Shown here: positions 11,742 to 25,500 of the stretch, in pieces
How the letters are laid out: each line of letters begins with the position of its first letter
Numbering within the stretch: the stretch's first letter is position 1
From: Phoronis australis
Lineage: Eukaryota; Animalia; Phoronida
Direction of reading: 5' to 3'
DNA length: 64,000 nt
NCBI GenBank assembly: GCA_002633005.1
Contig: NMRA01000405.1
Span: 146,702 to 210,701 of the forward strand
Notes under the pieces: model-generated
Database searches by the model: none
What the model was told of the DNA's origin: nothing
Seen by the model: only the letters and a program-made list of their open reading frames with translations
Position numbers and translations under genes: made by a program

Positions 11742-14700
11742 ATCAAAATAATCCCCCAGTGATCAATGCCATTCGTGACAAGTTGGCGTCTATGAGAAAG
11801 ACCAGGGTAGGTACATTTTACATAGTTGTGTGTTATGTGCTGTCGTTGCGTAGTCGGCAACCGGCATAGTGTGTGTTTTGTAGCCCGAGTTAGACGCTAT
11901 ACAAGTTGATTTGCTAAAATGTGTATTTATCTCTCGTTAATATCCGAGTTATGTAAACAGCACCTGGCTTTTTTAACATACCTGGCTGGGTAGCATTCGC
12001 CGCAGCTCTCACCGACATTTAATTTTTAGTTGCTGAATGTAAACTAATAAATTCAGTTAATCCTGCTGCAGAGATCTGTCAATATTTAATGTACTTTTGC
12101 AGGATCTCAAGGTTAAATGTATTTACCAGGGAGAAACAAGGTATGTTTAACGTTTATTTCCATCAATCAATACACGTCCTTGACATTGAGCTATTCTTGC
12201 TGTTCATGTGTTAAGACACACCTGCTCCTTCGCGATAGTCATTGAACTCTCACTTGGCTGCTTATATGGCTGTGTGTTGTAACTGAACGTCCTACTCACT
12301 CGTACCCTGTTTGCCTTTGTGGGAACACGAACTGGAACAAAAGATGGTCACGACTGACGTGTGTGGAAGCAATAAGTGTAAACATTTTATGTAATCATTT
12401 AATAACATATCCTTATCAGTTGTGAGCACCATTTTCCACGAGGGTCTCTCAACACATTCATACCACATACCCTCATGTTTTCAAGTTATATATGGGACAG
12501 TTAGTGTGCAATGCTCCTACTGTTCCAGGGAACACGGGACTCGAACTGAGGTCCTGTAAGTGAAAGTCTGCTGTCCAAATCACTGTATTATGCTGTCCAA
12601 AGTTTCAAGGCACATTTTTTGTCTGTTCAGAGGAGCCAACAAAGCATTGAAAGTTTCTTTTGTATTTTCCCTGTGACAGGTCGTTCATTCTCCAGCGTCC
12701 CGTGACGTTTGCCTACCTGCACGACTACATCAAACAGAACTTTGGTCCAGACCTGACTATGCACTATACGCAGCGGAGTGGAGAGGTAGGTCCACACATT
12801 GTAGCATAGCAGAGAGCAGGATCATAGAAAGTGGGCCATAAATGCCTGTCAAAGCTCAGTCTGTTTACACTCCCTTGATGTGCAAAAGAGATGGGTGACA
12901 GTTGGCAGCAGTTACAGCCAGACCCTGATTGTCCTGTGGCCTCATTGTAGATTCCCCCAAAGTGTGCATGAAGAGGCTTAAGTCCGAAAACTGAGCACTT
13001 AAACTAGCTGACCAGCTGATCCATAACATTGATAGCTGTCAGTGCATAATTGCTACACATTTTGCTGTTGATAATGTGACCAGAAACCTTTATTGTTAGG
13101 TTAAGTTGGTTAGACAAAAACTGGTGTAAGAGTAAAGATTTATGGGACATTGTTTCTTCTCACCACTTGGTTATTGGGAAGGTTTTTATCTACTGTGAAG
13201 GGTCCTGATTTTCCTCCATTGGCTGGACAGTTATTTAGTCTCCTTCTATGTGTAAAAAGTCAGCGTTGTTGTGTTTAATATTCTCGTCCTGTTGGCCTGT
13301 GATGACAACCTGAAGAATATCACACAGTGTTTAGCTCTAACTAAATAAATTATGGTTATTCTTATTTTATTCTGTACAAAAGTAATTGCTAAGATTGTGA
13401 GTTTCCATTTTCAAAGATAGTTTAATTTGCTGCAAATAATAAATAATAGATATATGATCAAATCTATTAATGTGCTGACGTTTTATTAATCTTTATTTCT
13501 GCTTAGAAATTTGGCATTAAAAAATTCACCTGTTCCTTTATTGTGTGCTAAATAGGTGAAAAGTTGCCATATATTATTGTGTTGTCTGTCTGTGGGTACC
13601 CTCCCCTCTCACATGTATGTGGTGTCTGTCTGTGGGTACCCTCCCATCGCACATATATTTGGTGTCTGTCTGTGGGTACTGTCCCCTCTCACATGTATCT
13701 GGTGTGTTGCAGCTAATCATCCCTCTGGCCTGTGATGACGATCTGAAGAAGGCCGTAGAACTACTGGACATCAGTGAGCATACGTCTAGTCTGAGGATAC
13801 TGTTGTCCAGAAAGACGGACAATGGTGCAGCACCTACTCACTTCAAGCAGCTCTTTGATGGCAAGGTAATAACTCTAATCTGGGTCTCCAGTGTGGACAA
13901 TATGTGTGTATGCAAAAAGTAGAAATAAAGATAATAGTCTGTGGAAAACTGCATTTGAGTATACCGGAGTATAATTTATCTTAACTAATACTGGTGTACG
14001 GTAAGGTCCGCCAGTCAAAGATTAGTTCAGAAGACTCTACATGATATATCAGCCAGAATGTTCAACCGCATTTGTTTATGTTACAGGCGTGTGACAAAAA
14101 CCCTAAAGACAACAATAACAAATTGCGATCACCGCGTGATAGCCCCCCACCTGGCTCACTGTCGGATCACGAGAGGCGGACGCTCATGCAACATCGGAGT
14201 AGTTCATACCTGTCGGAGGGAGAAGGCCAGTTTATACCTGAAACCAATGTGAGTACACAGATCAGGCTCAGTATGGAGACATTTCTTTAAGTTGACGAAT
14301 TTTGGTTGTTTTACAATTTCTGATTCTTGGTTTTGAATTGTCAGATATTGGAACTGGACCGCATTTTTCGAATTTAATTTTTCCACTAACACGCTAAGGT
14401 CTTTGGCAATTGATTGTCAGTGTTTTTGATTTTCTTCACTTATTGTGTAAGAACACTTGTCTGTGAAGATTTTTTTGTACGCAGATTAAACGTAATGATC
14501 TTTTCAATGTATAGCATACCAAAAATTGGTTCAATTTTAGTGTTAACCATCTTATTCGCCAAACTCTGATCGAAATACATTGTTTTTCACACTTTATTCT
14601 GCAACTCGCTATAGTCACTGATTTACCAGAAGGAATACTTAATATTTATCTGTTACTGAAATGGTATAGGAGTTGCAAGAAGACCCCACAAGTCGACGTT

Positions 14701-17700
14701 GCCAGAAACTTGGTCCTATTGGTGGAAAACAAAATGAATCTGCTCATTATACACTCTTAGCTTAAAACCTGTTCAGAATTGTCTGGTTTTGTAAGGGTTA
14801 AAAATTTTTAAATAAATCCAAAAAAAAATCAATTGAAGTGGTTCCCCAGAAAACTATCTGGAAACCATTTTGCTCTGATTCAAAATGAGAAAAGTCCCAC
14901 TGAGAACAGCACAATCAGCTTACCATGTCTCCATTTTCAGGAGGCTGACCCATTTGACCAAGGCAGTAGTCATGGAGGCTCAGTCACATCTCTTGATACT
15001 CATCAGTAAGTGCACTTTTTCTCGACAACTTAACTACAAAGTCACTACTGCGTTGGAAATGTGTAGACATTTGGCGCATCGTATAAATTAGATAACAAAT
15101 AACTAAATTCAAACAAGTTTTTGTCAAAGGACGAAGCAAGTGTCATCATTGTCATTATTATCTTCATTTTTGTCATCGTCATCATTACTACTACTACTAC
15201 CACACACCACCACTGTCATCATATTCACCATCATCATAAGCATCATCATTATGACCATTGTCATCATCATCATCATCATCATTGTCATCATCATCATTGT
15301 CATCATCATCATCATCATCACCATCACCATCACCATCATCACCACCACTTTCATCACTACCATCACCACCATCATTATCATCGTCACTATTATGTGTGTT
15401 ATTATTTATTTAACATATTACTATTACTAAGTTGCTAATGCTTTTACAATTATCATTTAGTATTGTCCGTATACATCATAAATGTATCTTGTTTTGCTTT
15501 CAGACACGATAGCGGTTATGGTGGTCATGCAACTCATCCCAGAATCAAACCAGCCCGTAGCACATACTCAGATTCAGGATACAGTGGTGAGTGAGTGCTG
15601 TGTTGCTACTGACAACACGCCTGGATCATTCTTACACCAAATGTTAATTGATATATTGAAAAAGATGACGCCGCAGTGTAATGCATTGCATTGTTCAAGA
15701 GATGTTGACATCTGTTGATTGATCGAGTGATGGAATGGGAAATTCTCGTTCCTCAGCCTAGATCTGTTGTTGGGTTTGCTGTCGAATGCGCTGAAATTTG
15801 CAACATCAAACTAAGATATAACAAGTTGAAGAATTTCATATGCCAAAAATACTGCCAAACTGTACACATTGAAGTGATGGAAAATTGGGAGTGTTTTTTC
15901 ACAACTAAAGTTATTTCCTCTTGACACGAGCAAAGTTACAGCGAAAAACACCGTTGGAACGCAATCCAACAAGAACGCTTTTAACACTCAGTTGGCTGTT
16001 TTTCCTTTGACATTATTGTAACCGTGACAGATTGAATATTAACTATATTGTTTTACCCCATGCTGTGAACCTAAAGTTCCTAATTAATGTATCACATGAA
16101 CAGTTTGCTGTCTTATCATCCTACACTGAACAAGCTCCATTTGTATACATATTTCAATGAGCACAAAAAATCTGCAAGCAGATGCCCTTGCACTAATGAC
16201 CTACTTCTCAGGCTCACATAGTCATCATTATGTGACATTATTCTCCAGCAACACGTTACGGTGCTTAGTGGACACGGTTGGCTGATTTGCAGCGCATCAT
16301 TCTCGCCACAAAACTCGTTACTAAGACATTCACCAACTTTCACGGCTCACTTCATGTTCACGTCATTGCGACATTTTGAATTTCTAACTCGTTTGTCCAA
16401 ACAATCACAGAGATAAGTAATTAGCCCGCGATTCCACTTTAAACCACCTGTCGCCTTGCTTTTGCAGGCAGCACAGCCAGTTTTGGCACATTTCCAAACA
16501 GGAAGTTCCAGCCACCACAACCTGTCCCCAATAATAGCCACCAGGGCCGCAACACGTTTCCCAAGGCGATGGGTCGTCAGCTGTATGATCAGACGTTTGG
16601 CAGCATTAGTAGCAGCAGCTCCAGTAGTAGTGGTCTAGTGCCAGACTATGAGAGTCCAGACGGGAGGAGGAAGAGGGGCAGCGATTACGACATCGCCATG
16701 GGCAACCTGTCTGACTTGAATAACGCTAAGTGTAAGTTCGGAGTCAGCGGTGATAGCGGTGTTGAGAAGTTGTAACTGTTGTGATAACATTGCTGTAACT
16801 GGACAAGTGATAATGTATATCATCTTGGAAAACTGGTGTAGAATATTTATTAAAAATGTTCTAGGTAGAATTGAACAAGAGAGGTGAGACACTAGTACAA
16901 TATGTCACAGTTGTCGTTGACTGGCAGACACGCAGTTGTTCAGTTTTACGGAGGAAGACAATTATGATGGTTTTTTAGATTTTCAATTAATAATTACTAG
17001 TTTTGCGTTTCACCAATTTACCCTGAATCGACTTTGTATTTCTTATTTTATGTCTTACAGAATGCATGAACCTTCACAAACCATTCAGTCTACATTGAAT
17101 GTGAACAGCTTGTTGCTTTTGTTGATCTAACCAGATTGCCATATGACTGTCATTCCCTGGTAATCACATGTCCCTGTCTCGTTACAGCCCCTCGCGCCCC
17201 TACTAACTGGAAGAAAGGTCGGTCACTAGGCTCAGGTGCCTTTGGCCAGGTGTACCTGTGTTACGACAAGGACACTGGACGAGAGCTGGCGGTCAAACAG
17301 GTGGCAGTATCTGACCTGACACAGGAGACATCCAAGGTAATTAGGGGGCGGAGTTAGCAGGGTATTGGAGGGACTAACAAACGGTGCATTAAATATTGGG
17401 TCAACATTGCTTTGAGGAGTAGATCCAGGTGAATAGATGTGGGAGGATTGAGCAGTGCTGAATTAGAATGGGCCCCAAGTGTGGTTTGGAGAGTAGGACT
17501 ACCAGTGTAACAAGGGTTTGTCTTGTAGTCCGTAGAAGGAGTGATGAAAGCATGCCGTTGTTTAACTCAGTATTTGGATGAAACGCTGTGTCAATGTAAA
17601 TAGGCTAAAAGTTGGCTTATATAGATTATTACATTTTAGAAATAATGATACTGCATCAAAGCGGTTTTAGGAAGTCATTATGACTTGAAGTTTGTACTGT

Positions 17701-19876
17701 GATATAGGTATTGTGCGAGTACATTCTCTGTGCTCGTTTCACAAACACGTATCTCAGGTGTGTGACATACCTTGCAGGAGTTGCGTGCTCTAGAGTGTGA
17801 ACTCCAACTACTTAAAAACTTTCACCACGAGAGAATAGTACAGTACTTTGGCTGTGACAGTAACGCCCAGTTCGTGTCCATCTTCATGGAATACATGCCT
17901 GGTGTGAGTATTACTGTTGTCACTGACAGTGGCGACAAAAGTGTGCTAGAATGTTGGTGTTTGCCGTCAAGGTGTTTTGGATGTTACCCTCGCTTGAATG
18001 AAAAATCTCTGATTAAGCTGAAAACAATTTTCAGCCAAAATTGGCGTTTCTTTGACTAGCTGCAATTGTGTATGCTGCAATCGAAAAGAGATGTTAACGT
18101 CTCGGTAAAAGTGATGTTAATGACCCAGTAAACGTGATGTTAACAGCCCAGTAAAATGGGTGTTAACTGCCCAGTATTGTTAATGGTCCAATAAAAGTGA
18201 TGTTAGTGGCCCAGTAGAAGTTATGTTAACCACTCAGTGAAAGTAATGTTAACAGCCCAGTAAAAGTGATGTTAACAGCCCAGTAGAAAGTGCCATTTTT
18301 GAGAAAAGTTCTGTGCATCGTTAAACCAAATGATTTACCGCACTATAGTTGGTGTCTCTCATTTTTTGCTGAGTCACAACCAGTTACATTTTCCAGCTCT
18401 CTAAACGACTCTGTGTACGAAACTATTTTTATGTGATTTCAGGGTTCCGTGAAAGATGAACTAAAAAATTATGGCGTACTGACTGAGAATGTCACGAAAA
18501 AATATACAAGGCAAATACTGGAGGGAGTATGGTTTTTGCACCAGCATATGATAGTTCACCGGGATATGAAGTGTAAGTTACCAACATATGATATCAAGTG
18601 TTAGTTTGTTACCACTTAGTGATATCATGTGTTAGTTTGTTACCACTTAGTGATATCATGTGTAAGTTGCCACATACATATCAAGTGTCATTAACCAACA
18701 TGTGGTATCAAGAGTAAGTTACTGATATATGGTATTAAGTGTCACTTACTAACATGGGACACTATACAAGTATGAACCAATCTCGAGGGTGATATCTTTT
18801 CATGTGGACCGAGGGAGAGCAATGATGGCAACATTGCTCAAGTCCATATGATCTGACAAGCCTGACGGATTGGTCTGTATTTGTTTTACTAAGCTGAAAC
18901 AGTATCTTTATAAATTGTATCCCACTGTTGACACTATATGAGGTTATTTCCCAACGGATTTTAGTGCACATTCCTTTATTTCTGTCTTCTGTGGACTCAC
19001 TAATTTTGTCTGTGCCCACCAGGTGCTAATGTGCTGCGCGACTCTGTGGGTAATGTGAAACTGGCAGATTTTGGCGCTTCCAAAAGGCTGCAGACGATCT
19101 GCACAGTTCAGGGCTTGAAATCCTTTGTTGGGACTCCCTACTGGATGTCACCCGAGGTCATCAACGGAGAGGGATATGGAAGGAAAGCAGACATCTGGTA
19201 TTAAATTTTTCTTTCTACTCTAGAAGTCTGTTTGCGTAGGGGTGATTGTACCACAATGTAACATTTTGCAATGAGACTTTCTCTATGAAGTTGATATCAA
19301 ATCTGAACACAAATATTGCAAAAGTTAACATTTAAATTTCAGCTCAGGAAGTTGTTAGTTGTCGTCTTAATTTCTGTCCAGTAGTTGCAACTATATAATA
19401 CATACAACATTTGAAAGTGAATTTTGTTTGAGCCCTATTTGAAATTGAGCAACAAGTATGGATGTTAATGATAGCAGTAGTTGAACTGTTTGTTGTGTTG
19501 TCTCTTAGCTTGTTTACATGTTGACTTGGCTAGTGTTCATCTTAATCATCATGCAATGCTTCTCAAGTAGAAAGGCCCATGTGACTTGTGTTAATACTAA
19601 GAGCATTTTTATACAGCAAGTGTTTTAATTAAGGGTTTGTTTTTTGTTCACAGGTCTGTTGGGTGCACTGTGGTTGAAATGTTGACGAGTAATCCACCGT
19701 TTCACGAGTTGGAAGCTATGGCAGCCATTTACAAAATAGCGACAGCGGAGGAGCCTCAGTTTCAGCTACCAGATAGGACTTCAAAAGAAGCCAGAGACTT
19801 CTTGAAACAAACCTTCAAGCAAGCCAGTCTACGGCCTGCGGCCATGACACTACTTAGTCACCCATTTGTGAGATAG
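11742..19876 (+). CDS. MAP3K2: Mitogen-activated protein kinase kinase kinase 2/3 (MEKK2/3 ortholog; PB1 + STE11-type kinase domain), spliced, 5' start exon not located
   Basis: GT-AG exons with consistent phases: 11742-11806, 12103-12140, 12680-12785, 13713-13865, 14087-14248, 14941-15005, 15504-15586, 16468-16731, 17188-17336, 17778-17903, 18443-18572, 19023-19197, 19654-19876 (TAG). The translation has a PB1 domain ([13 protein letters not shown]...[19 protein letters not shown]...SLRILL), the RDSPPPG and [10 protein letters not shown] linker motifs, and kinase motifs [49 protein letters not shown] and [12 protein letters not shown]...[24 protein letters not shown]. These match MAP3K2/MAP3K3; the two vertebrate paralogs cannot be distinguished here. 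Confidence 0.95.
12385..12595 (-). mobile_element. tRNA-derived SINE remnant in a MAP3K intron
   Basis: The minus strand shows a degenerate tRNA-like head with B-box GTTCGAGTCC (~12537-12546) followed by a non-tRNA body. It does not form a full cloverleaf. Confidence 0.5.
13577..13705. repeat. ~40-bp tandem repeat x3 abutting a splice acceptor
   Basis: GTGTCTGTCTGTGGGTACCCTCCC..CACATGTAT units end just before the AG at 13711-13712. Confidence 0.85.
15141..15390. repeat. (CAT/CAC)n trinucleotide microsatellite, intronic
   Basis: Imperfect CAT run between MAP3K exons 14941-15005 and 15504-15586. Confidence 0.95.
18088..18291. repeat. ~23-bp minisatellite (AAAGTGATGTTAACAGCCCAGTA) x~9
   Basis: Degenerate tandem units in a MAP3K intron. 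Confidence 0.85.
18560..18757. repeat. ~27-30-bp tandem repeat derived from an exon/intron junction
   Basis: Units resemble GATATGAAGT|GTAAGTTACC, the real donor at 18572/18573. Confidence 0.7.
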
Positions 19877-21096
19877 GTGGCAGTAGTGGTGGCAGTTGTG
19901 GTTTAGTAATAGCGTGGTCGTGTACCACAGACAACAACTTCCAGGATTACTCATGCATGACTGGAAATCAAAATGGCGAACTTGTCGAATGTGATTGTAG
20001 ATGTCGACTGGAAGTTCCGATTGTGTCAGAATGAGAATGACCTGCTCCTGAAGGTGGCAGTAGGTGTGTTGTGCAATTAGAATGGATCAGTCCTTGTGAT
20101 ATGGGACAGGTTCTGTGAAAGTGAGCGATGATATAAACGGTCCGGAATTGAAATTGTTCAGGAAGATGTTCTCGTGGTCGGAAGGGAACAGTGAAGTAAT
20201 AAAAACTCTACGAGATTAACGGCTTATCTTGACGTGAAGGAGAGCCAAAGAAGTGGTGTCGGGTGGAGTTGGTACAAAGTCTGCCTCTTGTCTCTCATTA
20301 TATGTCCTTGACTTCAAGAGTTTCACACAGTATGGTCTACAGATTGCCAGTGTACTAGCTGTAGATCTCATCTATCTGCTGAGCCCACCATTTGTGATAC
20401 AAGCTGTTTCGAATTGTTAGTCCTTGCGCCAGGGTCTAATCTATCTACTTGACTCGAAATTATATTATGCATTTTCCATTCTACTTTTCTCCAAATTCAA
20501 GATACGTGTGTATTATTCTGTGCTCGACTACATTATAGTTTATGCAAATGACTTTTTAGTCAAAGTTCATGACCCCTAGATTCAAGATGAGGCTTGAACT
20601 TTCATCCGTAGTGATGGGGTCTTAGATTGTGAACTAGGATTAGACAGTTATCCATCAAAGCCATGATGTTTTATAGCCGTTCATCTCGAGTTCACACAAA
20701 AGTAGATTAGAAAATGCAAAAATAATTTTGAGTTTGATGCGGGGTGAAAAGATTAGACCCCGGGTAGGAATTTTCTTTGAAGTATTGTCTCGACCATGTC
20801 CATGCTTGCAAATGGAGAGAGCATTGAATCACCATCATTCATTTGTATCTTTCACCATAATTCTGATAGGTAGTCAGTGTGAAGTGTTCTACCTTCAAAT
20901 GTACAACTGGGCTTTCACTAAGTGGTGTTTCTGAAACAAGTGCCCTACCCGTATAAATGTCTGTGTTCGGGTGATTGTGTGGGATCACTAACCCACAACA
21001 CTTTTATACTCATGAACTGTTGTCTGCTCTCCATCTGCTCTGATGTTAAAAAGAGACATTTCTCTGTTAGCACCACCTACTGAAGGTGAAGTTGCC

Positions 21097-21268
21097 CATT
21101 AACCTATTGCCAGGTTTGTGAGTGACGGATTAACTGACCAATCAGCACTCTTCACACACCTTCGTCTCCAAGCCGCCATTTTACCCGACAAACAACACGT
21201 TGTCGGGTAAAACTTATTGTTTGTTTGTTTGACTTTTCGCAAGGGGCGGAGCTTGCGATAGGTCAATG
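21097..21268. mobile_element. Short MITE-like element downstream of the MAP3K stop
   Basis: 12/14 TIR CATTAACCTATTGC / GCGATAGGTCAATG; internal perfect 13-bp hairpin at 21179-21212. Confidence 0.55.
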
Positions 21269-22364
21269 AGGACCATCTTCTGAAGCACATAGCAACAGTG
21301 ATTTGCTAAGCTAAAACTCTTCTCCCTGCAGTGCTCTTTTCTTAGTTTTTTTCTGCAAGTTACAATTGTGCACTGTGCCATGTTTTTCTGTTTGCCTATC
21401 ATAAAGTCTCATGCAGGGCTAATGATGTCAAGTCAAAATCGGTCAAAATGGAATAAATTAAGTTAATATATAAATACTGAAGTGATTAATGAGCTTCATT
21501 CTGTCGATGGTTTGATCATGTGTAATCAGGAATGCTAACTCACCATGTTAAAATATCAAAACATAGCGTTCCTACCCAACATGTGAGTCAAGCCATGGTT
21601 TTGCATGGAGTTTAAATGATATTGCTTCAGGTCTTATAACAGGCTTATATTTTAAGTATGTTTCAAAGTGGTATGGTCGCTTAGGTATGGTCATTTAATT
21701 AATGGTAGGCGTTTTGTTTTTCTTTAATGTGGGGTTAAAATGATAAGGATGCAGATGAGGGATCTGTTTGATGATAAATGACTTGTGTCAGAAATGTGGT
21801 CTTACTCTCCCACTTCACACAATTAATCAGTAAAGCCTTGTAATTATTAGCATGTCACAGTCTAAACATAATTTACACAAGTTAGTTATGGGATTGTTTT
21901 AAGCGACTGTTTTTTTGTTGAAGTGAGATTTAATTCCTTTTCAAAAAAGTAGTTGTGTGGAGCGTAAGACCAAATTTCTGACTTAAGTTTCTTTTCATGG
22001 AACAGGTCTCAGTATGATTTTTTTGCTCTGATATGCTCACTCACTGGCACGTTCTTAGTCTCGGGGTTTTTTTATTGAAAAGTCAAGAAAATTTTGATAG
22101 TTGCGTCTCTATGGTAACTCTTGAGTGGTTGGCCTGAAATTCTGGACAAGCACTCAAAAGAGTATTACTGTGCTAGTCAACTCGATCAGAGTATTGAGTG
22201 TTTATTACCTGAAGGCAAAATTTAGCTAAAATGCATGGCTTTTGATATGCGTGTAACACAATTTTTGTCTCCTTACAAATCAATGAGTGATTAAAAGGCT
22301 CAACTTTGCTCACCTGTTTTTTGGTGGAACCACTGGGCATCCCATACATTTGTTTTGTTTCGTT

Positions 22365-22560
22365 TCTTTATTGGCAGAATCGTCTTGAGTCAAGTATTTT
22401 TATTGGCAGAAGCATTTTGTGTCAAGTTTTGTTATTGACTGAACCATCTTGTGTCAAGTATTTTTATTGGCAGAACCATCTTGTTTCAAGTATTTTCATT
22501 GGCAGAATTGTCTTGTGTCAAACACGGTATATTTTTGGCACAACCATCTTGTCAATCAAG
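22365..22560. repeat. ~32-bp tandem repeat (TTTTTATTGGCAGAACCATCTTGTGTCAAGTA) x~6
   Basis: Visible degenerate tandem units. Confidence 0.85.
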
Positions 22561-25500
22561 CGTGCTCATTTTCTCTTCAACGCTTCATACTTAGCTGTGG
22601 AAAGGGTTCAAATGCCCTTTCTGTCTTACTGACGGTTGTTGTATATATGTACATGGATATTTAATTATAAAATACAAAATACTATTATTTCTAGCTAGCT
22701 AATTATATGCAATTTTTTATATTTTGCTCAGCCTTTTAGTCCTGCTATTGTAAGAATAGACAATGATGAATATCGTGGGTTATACCTTTTTTGTGGATGC
22801 AAATATGAGCCAGTGGTCGCTATGAACAAGGATTGGTGATTGAACTTATGAAAATTGTGAACAAAAAGTATTTATTGATGAACAATACTGAATGCCCTGC
22901 TCACACTGATATTTCAACCTGGTCTAGGTACTGTTTGATTGGGTTAAGTGCTTTCCAGCCTTACAATTTGGTGGACAATGGAGGATTCAGACTCCGAGAA
23001 TTGTTTCAGTCTTAAGGCCTGTTTTAATAACAGTGTGAATCGGGCTTTGGGAGTGAAATATTTGTAATATTGTCAGTGAAGACAGTCTTTTCCTGAAAGG
23101 GAAGTGAGCTGCAACACAGTTGTTAATTCCGTTATGTGATTATGTGTGTGAACAAACATACATCGTGTACTTAGTATTGTGTTATGGTCAAATTACTTTA
23201 AGTTTAGTGTTGAAATTGATGTCCACTCTGGCAAGTTTGATGTGCGAAATTCCACAGGTGGTCGTACTTGAGGAGGTTATACTGTGCCCACATTTCACTG
23301 AGATGACACGGTGAGTTTTCTGAGTCACTGACATGCGAGACTTACACAGTGTAATGGTGACCGGTCACAATGGACCCATGCTAGGCCGCAACTGGGGAGA
23401 TTAAATGTGATTGTGTTTGTGAATTCACTACGAAAACTGCTTTAGAGTAAATAGTAACATTCTCCTTGGCATATGTATGCAGGGATCTGATGCTATGTGG
23501 AGTCGCAGTGTTCACCATAACCTCTTCTCGTTCATCGCAGTAATCATTTTGATTTTCCGTCCAACAAGTTTGACTTGCTTGTCAATGAATAGTATTTAAA
23601 AACTTGTGCACGGTGTATAACGTTTTGGAGCTGCAAGTCGCTTCTCCAACTTAATGCCTGAAGACTCTTACATCAAGGTCATAGTCTTTCAAACATGTAC
23701 GTGAATTTTGTAGTTCTCGGGTATAAATTTTCTGTGGTAGGGAACACTGCATCAAGTTTGAAACCTGACCCATTCCATGGCAACTGCTAGTTCTTGTGGA
23801 TAATATCTTTAGCACTTCATCTAAGTTCATTTTTTGTTAAGCAGAGCAGAGCACTTAGAAATGACGTCAGGTTGATAAGTTACTGGCTGAAGTAGTACCT
23901 CTATGAAGCATGATAGATAATTGGCCTATATTCCAATTAAGGTGTGCCATGCCAGACAAAAGACTGCAGAGAATGCTTTACAAGACACAAGATTGACATC
24001 TACAATTGAAAAGGCACTCTCATATGGAATACTTAAACAATAGACATTTGTATTATTTTGGGAACATGTGCCCCCATAAACTATAGCCAAATAACTCCGT
24101 CTAGTTTTGCAGTAATCTCACAGTTTTATTGTGAAACGGGCATACTTGTTGTGCACACAAAACTGAAAGGTCAGTTTCTAGTCCTCTGATAACAATGTTC
24201 CTAATTTTCTCTACCAGATTAAATCTCTGTGGTCAAAATTTCCTGAAATCCCCATGCAGTAGTGTAACATTTTATTGATAACCAACGGCAAGTGTATCAC
24301 GGTTGAGTATATATTTTTAATCTACAGTGACAACTTCATCCAAATTTCTAAGCCCCTGAGGCAAACGAGGTCAAAAGTAGCCCACAATCGATAGTGTACC
24401 CCCCCCCCCCCTCCCCAGATGACATGCGGTTTTATCAGGTCCATTCGATCGGTAACCATTGCATTGTAAAAGCCTTTTACAACAAGTAGAGGGTGCAGCT
24501 GATGGCGTTTTGTTATGCACCTGATCAGATGTGGAATCTTGATCAGGAATCTGAAAATTTACGCCTTGTCTCAGAAACGTCAAACTGACCTGTTGATCAA
24601 AAACTTAATGAAGCCTTTTGGAGAATCGAATCATTGAAGTTTCTGGGAGTGAATTATCTTAAGGTCATGCTGTCATGGCATATTATGTGAGCGCCCTCTG
24701 TTGAACGTTATTCTGTTGTGAGATATAAAAACTGGTGCATAATTTAAGAATGTTATGTAAATGATGTGAAAGTTGGCATGCTTATGCTTTGTTATGGCTA
24801 GACTTTATTTAGAAAACAGCAAACCATTCCACACGTGCAGTTGGTTGTTATATTTTGTATAATACAAGTTATTATAATAAATATGAGCCAATAGTTCACA
24901 ACATTCTTCTGCCTTTGAATGTATGCAGTGTTGGGGAAGAAAGAGAATCTGCTATTCTCGGTGCCCCTCCTGCATGTATGCGTGTGCTGACATACTGCCC
25001 CGTTTCTGGATACTCTATTTAGTTGCTGGCAGGACACAATGGCAACATTGCCGACGGCAAAATCACCAAGTTAGGAGACACTGTGGCCAACAAGTGATTT
25101 TTTTTGCGAAACAAATTTAGCACCAAAGTAAGTAATTTTCCATTTTCGCAATGGGAACCACAGTGCTCATCAGATAAAAGGTTGAAAATTGTGGGCACTC
25201 AAAACAATGTTAGAAGCCTTCGAAAAACGGAGAGAGAGCATCTTGTCAATTACTTTTGTCCAAAATTCTATGATTCGGGATTTTACCGTATACTATGAGG
25301 GTTAGTGTTGATTTTCCAGAAGAACTAGTTTAGAAGTTTATGTCAAGAAAGAGGACTACCCGGGAAGCTATCGGACGGCAAGAACCGCAAAAGTAAACGT
25401 AGCAAATTACAAAACGTGTCCTCCGCTCGATGCAATGGTAGCTGCCAGTTCCCGCCCAATTTTTTTCTTCTAGCCTCCGGATAGATCAAGACTAGTGAGT

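Noticed and set aside
12530-12600. tRNA gene
   Set aside because: B-box present but no complete cloverleaf; better explained as a SINE head.
15121-15438. Poly-His / poly-Met / poly-Ile ORFs
   Set aside because: Translations of an intronic (CAT)n microsatellite; the flanking MAP3K exons splice in frame without it.
25079-25165. CACTGTGG...CCACAGTG Transib/RSS-like inverted pair upstream of the orphan ORF
   Set aside because: Only 8 bp, no 5-bp TSD, and it does not enclose the ORF.
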